Shown here: positions 39,200-49,127 of the stretch, in pieces | Layout: every line of letters begins with the position of its first letter | Position numbering within the stretch: the stretch's first letter is position 1 | NCBI GenBank assembly: GCA_963703225.1 | Contig: OY969801.1 | Coordinates: forward strand, 393,701 to 457,700 | DNA from: Candidatus Eiseniibacteriota bacterium | GTDB taxonomy: Bacteria; Eisenbacteria; RBG-16-71-46; SZUA-252 | Length of the DNA: 64,000 bases | Direction of reading: 5' to 3' | Program-made: the position numbers and the translations under genes | The notes under the pieces: generated by a model | The model's input: only the letters and a program-made list of their open reading frames with translations | What the model was told of the DNA's origin: nothing | Databases searched by the model: none

Positions 39200-40789
39200 A
39201 TGCAAATCCTTCTCATCGAGGACAGTGCTCCCACCCGCGAGCTGCTCCAGCGATCCCTGGGCGCGGCCGGCCATGCTCTTGTGAGCGCGGCGCGGGTGTC
39301 GACCGGTCGCGCGATCGCCCTCGAGCAGTCCTTTGATGTCATCGTGATCGACGTCATGCTTCCCGACGGCAGCGGCGGGCGCTCGCTGGTCACGCGGCTG
39401 ACGCTCCTCCAGCAGCTCATGGCGGTGCTGATGATTGCGAGTTTCGGGACATCAGCGCTCTGGATGGCCAACCGTTCCTTGCGAGACGAGGACGCGAGAG
39501 TCCTTGTCGCAATGGCCCGCCGGGTCGCGGCAGGAGTCGACAGTGAGCTCTCAGAGGAGGGCAATCTCGCGCACTCGGCCGCGGCGGCCATTCAGGAGGA
39601 GTCCCCCGGGAAATTTCGGATCGATGTATATGATTCGCTGGGTGAGCTGCTTGCCTCGACCGAGCCGAAGGTGGCGCGGGGTCCAATGGACGGCCCGCTC
39701 GCGGACGGTGACCTGGGCGATCGTGGGGGGAGGTATCGCGCGGCGTTGCGCTCTGCGAGCGGCGCCCTTGTCGTCGCTTCGGTCTCGGATCAAGACCGTA
39801 TCGCCCAGATCGCGGCGCTTCGACGAGGACTTCTCTGGAGTGCCGCGCCGCTCCTGGTCGTCACACTTCTGGTCGGCCGGTGGACAAGCCGCCGCGCGCT
39901 TCGGCCGCTCGTCGACATGGGGGATCGGGCCCGGGGCGCCTCCGTCGATGCGGGAGTGCGATCGCTCGGGGATGCCACGGGCGTCGAGGAAGTCGATCGC
40001 CTTGGCGATTCGTTCAATCGCCTGCTCGCCCGGCTGGACGATTTGCTCAACGCGGAGCGGCGATTCACGTCCAACGCATCCCACGAGCTGCGCACTCCCC
40101 TCACCGTTCTCTCGGGAGAACTCGAGACGACATTGGACAGCCCCTTGCTCCCGCCGGAAGTTCGCGGCGGACTCCTGCGCGCTTCGGAGCAGGTGCGAGT
40201 CATGCGCGAGTTGGTCGAGGCGCTGTTGCTCCTCCGACGCGCCGGCGAGGGTGCGTCGCGGGCGCCGGTGGGTTTTGAGCCAGTCAACCTTTCGGACCTC
40301 GCCACCGACGCGGTGCGGCGTGCTTCCGCGGAGCATCCGACGAGGGTAGCGGACATCTTCCTCGCGTGCCCCGACGAAGTCATGGTCTCGGGCCAGCCGG
40401 CGCTGCTCGCTGCGGCAATCCGCAATTTGGCCGACAACGCGATCAAGTTCACCAGTCCCGGCCGAAAGGTCAAGATTGCGGTGAGAGCCGATGACTCCCA
40501 GGCCGACGTCATTGTCGACGACGGCGGTGAGGGTGTCCCAACCGAAGAGCGAGATCGGATCTTTGAGCCGTTCTATCGAGGTCCGGAGGCTCGAGCCGCG
40601 CTTGCCGGCTTGGGTCTCGGGTTGCCTCTTCTGAGGCAGGTCGCGCGGGCACATGGTGGAAATGTGACGGTCGGCAAATCTCCGCTCGGTGGGGCCCGAT
40701 TCACGTTATCTCTGCCCCTGTGGCGGTCTCTCCCAGAGAGCGGTACAAGGGGTGCCCTTACGGCGTCCAGGAACTTCCCAGGTAGCTAG
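39200..40789 (+). CDS. Chimeric protein: truncated REC domain fused to HAMP sensor histidine kinase
   Basis: MQILLIED...DVIVIDVMLPDGSG (half a REC domain) joined directly to RSLVTRL-TM; ASHELRTPL, NLADNA, DDGG, FEPFYR, GLGLGL. Confidence 0.8.
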   Translation: MQILLIEDSAPTRELLQRSLGAAGHALVSAARVSTGRAIALEQSFDVIVIDVMLPDGSGGRSLVTRLTLLQQLMAVLMIASFGTSALWMANRSLRDEDARVLVAMARRVAAGVDSELSEEGNLAHSAAAAIQEESPGKFRIDVYDSLGELLASTEPKVARGPMDGPLADGDLGDRGGRYRAALRSASGALVVASVSDQDRIAQIAALRRGLLWSAAPLLVVTLLVGRWTSRRALRPLVDMGDRARGASVDAGVRSLGDATGVEEVDRLGDSFNRLLARLDDLLNAERRFTSNASHELRTPLTVLSGELETTLDSPLLPPEVRGGLLRASEQVRVMRELVEALLLLRRAGEGASRAPVGFEPVNLSDLATDAVRRASAEHPTRVADIFLACPDEVMVSGQPALLAAAIRNLADNAIKFTSPGRKVKIAVRADDSQADVIVDDGGEGVPTEERDRIFEPFYRGPEARAALAGLGLGLPLLRQVARAHGGNVTVGKSPLGGARFTLSLPLWRSLPESGTRGALTASRNFPGS

Positions 40790-40808
40790 CTTCACACCGC
40801 CCGGAAAA

Positions 40809-42692
40809 TCACAGGAAGCTCCCGCCCCAGATTTCCAAGATCAGGAGCGACCAGAGCAAGTGCGATCGCGCGCGTCCGCCGTTCCGTTGGTCATCCCAAA
40901 CGGATCGGACGGCACGGATATCAAGAAAAGTGGACAAAAACGAGTCTCCACCCAAGACTCGGCTCTCGAAAACGGGTCCAAGCTTGGTGCGTGCGAGCCA
41001 TGAAGATAGCGGCGGAGTGAAGCCGCGCTTTCGCCGCTTGATCGCGCCGCGCGGGACGAGATCGCGCAGCGACTCCTTGAAGAGGCGCTTTCCACGACCC
41101 GATCCAATCTTGAGGCCAGATGGAATCGCGGCGGCGTGTTCGACGAGGGCGTGATCGAGGAGCGGGACTCGAACCTCGAGTCCGTGAGCCATGCTGGCAC
41201 GATCCACCTTTGTCAGAATTCCGTCGGCAAGGTATGTCTTGAAATCCCAGTACTGCAAGCGCGAGGTCGAATCCCATTCCATCGACGGTCTGACCCATTC
41301 TTCCACGATCGAGAAGGGGTCGTAGCCCTGGAGGGATCTTAGGAACGATCGGCTGTAGACGGCGCTCCGGGTGGCCGCATCCATTCGTGTCATTTCGTTC
41401 CAATAGACTCGTTCCGGCGGGAGAGCCGCGTCCGCTAGCAAGCGCCGCACGCGCTTTGATGGGAGCCCCCATGTTCCGGCCGGAGTCAGCCGCGCACCTA
41501 CGTGGAATAGCGTCGGCGCCAACCACGAAGGAACGAGGTCCCGCAGCGTCTGCAGGTTCCTGTGCATCCTATATCTCTTGTACCCACCGAAGTTCTCGTC
41601 ACCTCCATCTCCGGAAAGACATACGGTGACTCCCCGGCGAGCCCCCTCGCAGAGAAGAAACGTGGGTACGGCGGAGGGATCGGCGAACGGCTCGTCGTAG
41701 TGCCAGGCGAGACGGCTCAATACCTCGACCGTCGGGCACGGGATCGCGATCTCCTTCCAGCTTGCGGCGGACCACATCGCGGCCTGCTCGGCGAATTCGC
41801 GGTCCTCGTCGCGGGTGCCGGGAAAGGTCGCCGTGAACGCCGGGATTTCGGCGCCTTTCTTCTCCGCCATCAGGGCCAGCACGGCCGCCGAGTCGATTCC
41901 TCCGGAAAGAAGTGTTCCCACGGGTACGTCGGAGACGAGGTGGCAGGCGACAGACTCTCGAACAACAGTCTGTAGCGCCATGGCGGAATCGCGGGCACCG
42001 AGACGATTTCGAGGAGTGAAATCCAGATCCCAGTACATCGCCCCCACTGGTCCGGAGGCTGTCACCCGGAGCATGTGCCCCGCGCGAAGTTTTCGAACCC
42101 CTTGGAACACGGTGCGAGGCGAGGGAACATACCCGAGCGCGAGGAAATCGTCGATGGCGCGCTCGTCGATCTTGCGGGCGACCTTGGCGTGCTGCAAGAT
42201 CGCCTTCAGCTCCGACCCGAAGAGAAAGCGCGTCCCGTCCCAGAAGTAATAGAGGGGCTTGATTCCCACCCGGTCGCGAGCCAACCACAGCTTGCGCTCT
42301 CGCCGATCCCAGATCGCGAACGCGAACATTCCGCGCAGGTGGTGGACGCAATACTCTCCCCAGGTCTCATACAATCGCAGCAACACCTCCGCATCGCCCA
42401 TCGTCCGAAATCGACTTCCATGGCGCCGCAGCTCGTCCCTCAATTCCCTAAAGTTGTAGATTTCTCCATTGAGCACGACCGCAGTCAAGCCGTCTTCGCT
42501 CACGATGGGTTGGTGTCCTCCTTCGACATCGATCACGGCCAGGCGGCTGTGGGCAAGCCCGGCTTGGCCGTCGCGATGGATGCCCGCTCCGTCGGGCCCT
42601 CGATGCGACAAGACGGAATTCATGCGGAGGAGGAGATCGTCGGATTCGAACTCCGTTGGCGAGGGTGAGAAAAACCCTGCGATCCCGCACAT
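40809..42692 (-). CDS. asnB: Asparagine synthase (glutamine-hydrolyzing) family amidotransferase
   Basis: MCGIAG, HRGPD, NGEIYN, RDRVGIKPLYY, LSGGIDS, SGDGGDENFGGY, KVDRASM, EVRVPLLD. Confidence 0.93.
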   Translation of the reverse strand: MCGIAGFFSPSPTEFESDDLLLRMNSVLSHRGPDGAGIHRDGQAGLAHSRLAVIDVEGGHQPIVSEDGLTAVVLNGEIYNFRELRDELRRHGSRFRTMGDAEVLLRLYETWGEYCVHHLRGMFAFAIWDRRERKLWLARDRVGIKPLYYFWDGTRFLFGSELKAILQHAKVARKIDERAIDDFLALGYVPSPRTVFQGVRKLRAGHMLRVTASGPVGAMYWDLDFTPRNRLGARDSAMALQTVVRESVACHLVSDVPVGTLLSGGIDSAAVLALMAEKKGAEIPAFTATFPGTRDEDREFAEQAAMWSAASWKEIAIPCPTVEVLSRLAWHYDEPFADPSAVPTFLLCEGARRGVTVCLSGDGGDENFGGYKRYRMHRNLQTLRDLVPSWLAPTLFHVGARLTPAGTWGLPSKRVRRLLADAALPPERVYWNEMTRMDAATRSAVYSRSFLRSLQGYDPFSIVEEWVRPSMEWDSTSRLQYWDFKTYLADGILTKVDRASMAHGLEVRVPLLDHALVEHAAAIPSGLKIGSGRGKRLFKESLRDLVPRGAIKRRKRGFTPPLSSWLARTKLGPVFESRVLGGDSFLSTFLDIRAVRSVWDDQRNGGRARSHLLWSLLILEIWGGSFL

Positions 42693-42945
42693 TACTTGCG
42701 CCTCGTTCCCATCAAGTCGAGCGGGTGGCGGTTTGCCATATCCGACGAGTTCTACGCGTCGAACCTGAACCACCTCCTAACAGTGGCGGAGCGATCAGCG
42801 GGCGGGTCGGAGCAGCATCGACTCCAGGAGCGCGTCAACCGAGTGCGGGAATTTGCGGCGGGCGGAGCGCCGGGGCGCGGCGCCGGGGACTATCCGGCGG
42901 CCCTCACGATCGGACGGGGCCTCGGGTCTGTATGGCGACTCCAGT

Positions 42946-44373
42946 TCAAGACAGGTCGGGGCGGCGGGTGTGCCACTCGGTCGCCCGCTCGTAGGCGTAC
43001 GCGATCCGCAGCGCCATCTCCTCGTGGAACGGCTTCGCGTAGATCATGAGACCGATCGGCAGCCCTTTCGAGGTGAACCCGCAGGGAAGCGAGACCGCGC
43101 ACAGATTGAAATAATTTCCGATGCCGGCATTTCGGTGCATCCGGATGTTGAGTTTCCCGTACGCATCGAGGCTCGCGTCGGCGTCCGCCAGCGAGGGAGC
43201 GGGAATCGCCGTCGTGGGCACGATGAACGCGTCCACGTCCCGAAGGCGCTTCAACGCTTGCTCGCGCAAAGCCCCGAATCGCCGCTCGAGATGGAAGTAC
43301 TCGGTCGCCAGGAGCGATCGGCCCGGGATCATGCGCGCCGAGACGATAGGGTCGAGCTCCTCGAAATGCCGATCGAGCAGCTCCCGATTGTTGTAACAGG
43401 CCTCCGCCGCGACATACTGGGACCGATTCTTCTCCCTCCAGATCTCGGCGACCTCGGGAAACTCCCGGCTCTCGACCTTGGCGCCCAGGGAGCGGATGAC
43501 CCCGCCGGCCGCGCGCACAGCGCTCTCGATTTCGGGATCCACGTCGTCGAAAAAAGTCGTCTCCCCGAACGCCACCGACAGCCCCTTCACGCCGTCCTTG
43601 AGCCCGCCCAGCGCGTCGTGCGGGGCAATCTCGACCGTGACGCGGTCCAGGGGATCCGGTCCCTGCAGGGCCTGGTAGACGAGGGCCGCGTCCTCGACCG
43701 ATCGTGTGAGCGGCCCAACGCTGTCGAACGTCCAGCTCAGCGGGTAGACCCCCGCTCGGCTGATCCTGCCGACCGTGGTCTTGAGCCCCACAATCCCACA
43801 CAGCGCCGCCGGGATCCGCACCGATCCGCCGGTGTCCGTGCCCAGCGCCATCGGCGCCAGCCCGGCCGCGACCGCGACGGCGCTCCCGCTCGAAGAGCCG
43901 CCCGGCGCGTGCGGCACCCGGTGCCACGGGTTCAACGGCGTTCCCTGGTCGTGGTTGATCCCGATGGTTCCGTAGGCGAGCTGAATCGTGTGGGTCTTCC
44001 CGAGAAGGACCATGCCCGCCTCGGCGAGCTTGCGGATCACGGTGCAGTCGGCCGCGGCGATGTTGTTCGCGAGGAGGCGCGTCCCCGCGGTGGTGGGCGC
44101 TCCCGCGACGTCGAAGAGATCCTTCGCGGCGTACGGAATTCCGTCCAGCGGGCCCCGGTCCCGCCCGCTCTTTCGCGCGCCTTCCGCGGCGCGGGCTTCG
44201 GCGAGCGCGCGTTCATGCAGGACCAGGAGAAAGGAGTGGAGCCTCGCGTCGAGCGCGGCGACACGCTCCAGCGAGTGCTCCGCGAGCGCCGCCGGCCCGA
44301 GGCTCCCCGTCCGGATGCGGGCCGCGAGGCCGGTGATAGAATCAAACGCGAGGGAGGAGTCGGCCCGGATCAT
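42946..44373 (-). CDS. Amidase signature family enzyme (GatA/AtzE-like)
   Basis: GIPYAAKD, PGGSSSGSA, GTDTGGSVRIPAALCG. Confidence 0.9.
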   Translation of the reverse strand: MIRADSSLAFDSITGLAARIRTGSLGPAALAEHSLERVAALDARLHSFLLVLHERALAEARAAEGARKSGRDRGPLDGIPYAAKDLFDVAGAPTTAGTRLLANNIAAADCTVIRKLAEAGMVLLGKTHTIQLAYGTIGINHDQGTPLNPWHRVPHAPGGSSSGSAVAVAAGLAPMALGTDTGGSVRIPAALCGIVGLKTTVGRISRAGVYPLSWTFDSVGPLTRSVEDAALVYQALQGPDPLDRVTVEIAPHDALGGLKDGVKGLSVAFGETTFFDDVDPEIESAVRAAGGVIRSLGAKVESREFPEVAEIWREKNRSQYVAAEACYNNRELLDRHFEELDPIVSARMIPGRSLLATEYFHLERRFGALREQALKRLRDVDAFIVPTTAIPAPSLADADASLDAYGKLNIRMHRNAGIGNYFNLCAVSLPCGFTSKGLPIGLMIYAKPFHEEMALRIAYAYERATEWHTRRPDLS

Positions 44374-44408
44374 GATGACGGTGGATGATACTCCCAAGGA
44401 TAGGCACG

Positions 44409-45452
44409 ATGCCGAGATCGAACCTGTTGGCGATGCCGGACGCGCGATTCTGGGCGATGCTCCTCGCTGGTTTCGTGGCTGCCTTTCCCCCTGGCACCGG
44501 CCGCGCAGCCTCGACGGGCGCGAGCGAGAATACCAAGGTGACCCTTCTCTCCGAACAGAGCTCGGTCCGGCCGGGCGCGCCGTTTACCGTCGGTCTTCGG
44601 ATGGAAATGAGAGACGGGTGGCACACCTACTGGAAGAATCCCGGTGACTCCGGCCTGCCGCTCCGGATCGAATGGAAGCTGCCGGAGGGATTCTCGGCCG
44701 GCCCGATCGACTGGCCGGCCCCCGAGCGCATGCCGACCGGCCCCGAAATGAGCTACGGCTACGCCGGAGAGGTGCTCTTGCCGATCCTCATCACGCCGCC
44801 GGAGAAGATCACCGCGTCTTCGATCACCATCGGGGGCACGTTCCGGTGGCTCGAATGTAACGAGGTCTGCCTCCCCGGCTCGGCCACGCTCGACCTCTCG
44901 CTGCCGGTGGGAACGGAGGTGCCGGCTGCGAGCCCCGCGGCGCCGCTCTTCGCCGAAGCGCGGTCTCGAATGCCTCTGGACGCGGCGAGACTGGGCTTGG
45001 CCGCGGAGGCGGGGCCGCGCGCCATCTCCATTTCGTTTCGCCTGCCCCAGGGGACCGCTCCGCGCGATCCATACTTCTTCGTCGACCAGCCCTTGATCGC
45101 GGACTACGCGGCTCCACAGGCTTGGGAGCCGGTCCGTGGGGGATATCGCCTCACCATGACCCCCGCGCCGAACACGGCCGGGCCGCCCGCGCGTCTCACC
45201 GGCGTCCTGGTCACCCGGGACCGGCCGCGACCGGCCGCGCAGGCCGCCTTCAGGGTGGACGTGGCCGTCGTCCCGGGCGACCCGTCGCCCGCGGGGAGGG
45301 CCGCCAGAAACGAGAGCCCGCCATTCTCTTGGTACGCGGCCGCGCTGGGCCTCGCGGGGGTGGGATTGGCATTTTGGATCCGCCGAAAGGCGTCGGTGCG
45401 GCGGGAGGGACCGCCGCGCCAAGGAACCGGTGGCGGGGAAACGGGGATATAG
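44409..45452 (+). CDS. DsbD N-terminal-domain protein
   Basis: GWHTYWKNPGDSGLP, WPAP, WLECNEVCLPG; single C-terminal TM. Confidence 0.85.
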   Translation: MPRSNLLAMPDARFWAMLLAGFVAAFPPGTGRAASTGASENTKVTLLSEQSSVRPGAPFTVGLRMEMRDGWHTYWKNPGDSGLPLRIEWKLPEGFSAGPIDWPAPERMPTGPEMSYGYAGEVLLPILITPPEKITASSITIGGTFRWLECNEVCLPGSATLDLSLPVGTEVPAASPAAPLFAEARSRMPLDAARLGLAAEAGPRAISISFRLPQGTAPRDPYFFVDQPLIADYAAPQAWEPVRGGYRLTMTPAPNTAGPPARLTGVLVTRDRPRPAAQAAFRVDVAVVPGDPSPAGRAARNESPPFSWYAAALGLAGVGLAFWIRRKASVRREGPPRQGTGGGETGI

Positions 45453-45498
45453 TGGTGGATCGGCATCGTCGAACGGACCGCAACTCTAGGGAGAGATC

Positions 45499-46101
45499 AT
45501 GATTCGAAATGCTGCGATCGCCTGCGCCTTGTTCTTGGTCGGAGTTTCAACCGCGCACGCCGCGGCGATCGTCGGAAAGGCGGCTCCGCCGATCGATCTC
45601 CGCGACATCAACGGCAAGTCCGTCCGCCTCGATTCGTTCAAAGGGAAGTACGTCGTGGTGGAGTGGGTGAACTTCCAGTGCCCGTTCGTCAAGAAGCAGT
45701 ACGGGAGCGGCAACATGCAGCGGCTCCAGAAGGAATTCACCAAGAAGGGCGTCGTTTGGCTGACGATCTGCTCCTCGGCGGAGGGAAAGCAGGGGTACAT
45801 GACCGCGTCCGAGGCGAAGACGCTGGCCAAGGAGCGGAGCGCCTCTCCGACCCACTTCCTGCTCGACCCGAAGGGGACGGTGGGGAAGGAATATGGCGCC
45901 AAGACGACCCCGCACATGTTCGTCATCGACTCCAAGGGTACCGTCGTCTACAACGGCGCGATCGACGACAAACCGTCGACCGATCAGGCCGACATCCCCG
46001 GAGCCAGGAACTACGTCGCCGCGGCCCTCGACGAGTCGATGTCGGGCAAGAAGGTGGAGACCGCGGCCACCCAGCCGTACGGCTGCAGCGTCAAGTACTG
46101 A
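45499..46101 (+). CDS. Exported thioredoxin-fold redoxin (AhpC/TSA family)
   Basis: VVEWVNFQCPFV, YGAKTTPHMFVID, GAIDD, GCSVKY. Confidence 0.88.
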   Translation: MIRNAAIACALFLVGVSTAHAAAIVGKAAPPIDLRDINGKSVRLDSFKGKYVVVEWVNFQCPFVKKQYGSGNMQRLQKEFTKKGVVWLTICSSAEGKQGYMTASEAKTLAKERSASPTHFLLDPKGTVGKEYGAKTTPHMFVIDSKGTVVYNGAIDDKPSTDQADIPGARNYVAAALDESMSGKKVETAATQPYGCSVKY

Positions 46102-46747
46102 GAACGGAAAGGCCCGCTGCCAATCCCGAGTCCCGCCCCGCATCGGCCATCGCCCGGGCGAGCGATGGGATGTCATCGACGTCATACCAGACCGGGAGTT
46201 CATGGACCGACAACCCGAGCGCGCGGGCGCGCTCGAGCGTCCTTGCCGTGACATCGGCCGTGCTCCAGGGAATTTCGTTGAACACCTCGGGCACGTCGTC
46301 CCTGGAGCCGATCAGGTAGTAGCCGCCGTCTTCGCAGGGTCCGATCACCAGATCGTGGGTATCCAGCGCGGCGATCGCGTCGGAGATCCACCTCGGGTCG
46401 AGCGTCGGGCTGTCGGACCCGATCGCGATCGTCTTGCCCGCCCCGCCCTCGCGCAGCACCCGGTACGCGGCCCGAAGCCGCTCACCCAGATCGCCCCTCG
46501 CTTGCGGCACGATCGGGACGCCGAGCGCCCCGGCGAGGTCCAAGAGCGCGGAGTCGGCTATCCCGTCGAGAAAGAGCGTGAAGGGCGCGGCCACCGCGGG
46601 CACGAAGCGGCGGAGCGAGATCTCGAGGCAGCCGCGGGCGATGCGCGCCGCCGCGTCGGGCGTCAGGGGCGGCACCATGCGCGTCTTGACCCGCCCCGGT
46701 ATCGGGGCCTTGGCGAAGAACGCGATGGCGGCGCCCCCGACCTTCAC
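46091..46747 (-). CDS. TIGR04282/DUF2064 family glycosyltransferase-like protein
   Basis: FAKAPIPGRVKTRM, QARGDLGERL, IGSDSP, GPCEDGGYYLIG, IPWST, YDVD. Confidence 0.88.
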   Translation of the reverse strand: MKVGGAAIAFFAKAPIPGRVKTRMVPPLTPDAAARIARGCLEISLRRFVPAVAAPFTLFLDGIADSALLDLAGALGVPIVPQARGDLGERLRAAYRVLREGGAGKTIAIGSDSPTLDPRWISDAIAALDTHDLVIGPCEDGGYYLIGSRDDVPEVFNEIPWSTADVTARTLERARALGLSVHELPVWYDVDDIPSLARAMADAGRDSGLAAGLSVLST

Positions 46748-47673
46748 CGCGAGCGCGCCACCTTCCGGGCGCCCGCCGCGGGACGGAGCTTCTCCAGGGC
46801 GGGGAGCGGCCCCGACGTGCGCCTCAGGTGAAACAGGATCTGCTGCAGGTAGCCGCGCCCCGGCCCCAGCCTGGCGGCCCATTGTGTCAGCTCGTCATCG
46901 CGCGCGCGTCGGCGAGCCGACAGCTCCAGGGTCGCCCGGCGGATCCAGCGGTCGATCGGATACGCTTCGAGGCGATCGAGTCCAAAGAGCAGCGCGCAGT
47001 CGGCGATCTTGGGGCCGACGCCGGGAAGCGAAACCAGCCGCGATCGGACTTGCTCGATCGGAGCCGTGCGCATCCAGTCCCACGACCAGGCGCTGTCCCC
47101 CGCGATCGTGCGAGCGGTCGCGAGGAGATAGGGTGCCCGAAATCCGAGGCCCAACGCGCGAAGATCGCCTTCGCGTACGCGCGCGACCGCCTCGGCGGGA
47201 GGGAACGAGCGCCGCAGGGAGCCCTCGATCGGATCGCCCCACGCACCCGCCAGTCCTTCCACACAAGTCGTGATCTTTCGGATATTGGCGGCGGCCGAGC
47301 AGATGAACGACGCCAGGGTCTCCCACGGATCCTGACGGAGCAGCCGAAGGCCCAGGAGCGGCATGAACCCCGGCACCGAGCGAAGCTCCTCGGCATGCTT
47401 CAGGTGAATCGTCGGGTCCTCGTCGAGCCTCAGGTATCGCTCCAGCGCCTCCTGGCCGGGGTCGTCGCCGCGGGTCTCGAGGGTGAGCGCGGCGGGGCCG
47501 TCGCGGGCCGTGCGGGGCGCCAGGGCGATCACGCGAACCTCGGATCGGCCGACGATCCCGCTCCACCAGCCTGATTCCCGGATCCAGCGGAAGGCCTGGC
47601 CGCAGGCGAAGGTGAGGTCGAGATCGAGCGGGCCCTGGACGAGGAGCCGATGGTTCGTTGCGGGGGCCTTCAT
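46744..47673 (-). CDS. ogg: 8-oxoguanine DNA glycosylase (OGG1-type HhH-GPD)
   Basis: TFACGQAFRW, LRLLRQDPWETLASFICS, LGFRA, LPGVGPKIADC, YPIDRW. Confidence 0.88.
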   Translation of the reverse strand: MKAPATNHRLLVQGPLDLDLTFACGQAFRWIRESGWWSGIVGRSEVRVIALAPRTARDGPAALTLETRGDDPGQEALERYLRLDEDPTIHLKHAEELRSVPGFMPLLGLRLLRQDPWETLASFICSAAANIRKITTCVEGLAGAWGDPIEGSLRRSFPPAEAVARVREGDLRALGLGFRAPYLLATARTIAGDSAWSWDWMRTAPIEQVRSRLVSLPGVGPKIADCALLFGLDRLEAYPIDRWIRRATLELSARRRARDDELTQWAARLGPGRGYLQQILFHLRRTSGPLPALEKLRPAAGARKVARSR

Positions 47674-47761
47674 GCACGGAAATTTACACGATCGCGGCGC
47701 CCTCCGCCCGGTTCCCGTTGACGCTTCGAGAAGACGCGTGGGAAGATTCGAACGGCCTACC

Positions 47762-48370
47762 ATGAATCCACAAACCATGAAGATCTCGTTTTGTGCCGCG
47801 GCGTTTCGCGCGGGGGTGCTGTTCGCCCTTCTGGCGTCGCTCGCGTTCCCGGCTTTCGGGACTCCGGATCGGGCGGCCGCCGCCCCTGGCGCCGCCACCG
47901 GGAGCGCGGACGTTCGCCTCGTGCGGCTTCTCTCCGACATTCCCGATTCCCTGCGCCTCGGCACGGAGCGGCTCCACGATCTTCGCGTCCGCCTGGTGGA
48001 GGGGAACGTTCTGGTGTTCCGGAAGGGAGGCGAGTTTGCCGCGCTGCTTCCGATCGAGCAAATCGCCGGGAGCCCGGACTCCCTGCGCTATTTCTACTAC
48101 GTCGAAAAGCCGGCCTTTCTCTGGGTCTTCGCCGGGGCGCGCACCAAGGGAATCCTCACGGTTCCGGACGGCGGCACGCTCCAGTTCAATTCGTTCCGTC
48201 TCCGCTGGGGGCGCGGCGACGACGGCCCGGGCTGGATCTACTTTCCGGACGACCCCGTGAACGATCGAGTGCGCTTTTCCGTGGTCAGCGGGCAGTCGGT
48301 CGACCAGGCCGATCCCAAGGACACCAAGTACTGGGTTGAGCTGGGCGCGGAATTGAAGGCGGGGTTCTAG
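47762..48370 (+). CDS. Hypothetical exported protein
   Basis: Signal peptide; aromatic-rich body; terminal Phe. Confidence 0.65.
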   Translation: MNPQTMKISFCAAAFRAGVLFALLASLAFPAFGTPDRAAAAPGAATGSADVRLVRLLSDIPDSLRLGTERLHDLRVRLVEGNVLVFRKGGEFAALLPIEQIAGSPDSLRYFYYVEKPAFLWVFAGARTKGILTVPDGGTLQFNSFRLRWGRGDDGPGWIYFPDDPVNDRVRFSVVSGQSVDQADPKDTKYWVELGAELKAGF

Positions 48371-48376
48371 GCCGCG

Positions 48377-49084
48377 ATGTGGGCGCGCATCCGGGATTAC
48401 TTACTCCGCAATTTCGGATTGAAGGTCGCCTCGCTCCTCCTGGCGCTCCTGTTCTACGCGCACGTCGTGACCGATCAGCAGAGGGAATCCCAGCTCGCGG
48501 TGCCGGTGACGCTCACGGGACTCAGCGACACCCTGGCGGTCGTGGGGAGCCCACCCCCCCGCGTCGCATTCAAGGTGCGCGGGAAGTGGAAGGACCTGAT
48601 CCGCCTCGGCCTGACGAACCCCTTCCTTTCCATCGACCTGGCCAACGCCTCGCCCGGCCGATTCCAGCGGACCATCTCGGTCGAGGACGTGCGCGAACGG
48701 GCGATCCCGGCCGAGCTGACCCGATCGCTGGACGTCACGGAGGTCGTGGAGCCGCGCCTGGTCGACGTCACGATCGAGCCGAAACGGGCCCGGACCGTTC
48801 CGCTGGCGGCCCGGGTGGTCGGGAGCCCCCATTTTGGGGTCGTCATCGAAGGCGCGATCCGGGTGGAGCCCGATTCGGCCCGAGTGGTGGGACCGGCGTC
48901 GGTGATCGAAGCCCTGGACACGCTTTACACACTCCCGGTTGACATCACGGGAGAACGAGAGAAAATCCAGCGCCAGGTTTTGCTAGACCTGGGCCCGAGC
49001 ACCGTTGCCGCGGAACCCCGGCGGTGCCTCGTAACCATCCGGTTCACCCGAGCCGCAGCAGAATCGACGCGGCTGCATCCGTGA
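48377..49084 (+). CDS. YbbR/CdaR-like protein
   Basis: [19 protein letters not shown] anchor and two YbbR-type domains. Confidence 0.8.
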   Translation: MWARIRDYLLRNFGLKVASLLLALLFYAHVVTDQQRESQLAVPVTLTGLSDTLAVVGSPPPRVAFKVRGKWKDLIRLGLTNPFLSIDLANASPGRFQRTISVEDVRERAIPAELTRSLDVTEVVEPRLVDVTIEPKRARTVPLAARVVGSPHFGVVIEGAIRVEPDSARVVGPASVIEALDTLYTLPVDITGEREKIQRQVLLDLGPSTVAAEPRRCLVTIRFTRAAAESTRLHP

Positions 49085-49127
49085 GTTCGCGGTAGCGACA
49101 CAACATTCGAGAGGAGACCGAATCGAG

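Noticed and set aside
40809-42692. AsnB as a lasso-peptide cyclase
   Set aside because: It has a complete N-terminal Cys glutaminase domain, and no B1/B2 genes or precursor are nearby.
46091-46747. Arsenosugar pathway implied by the TIGR04282 family
   Set aside because: No partner GT, radical SAM or arsenic genes are adjacent; the family is widespread.
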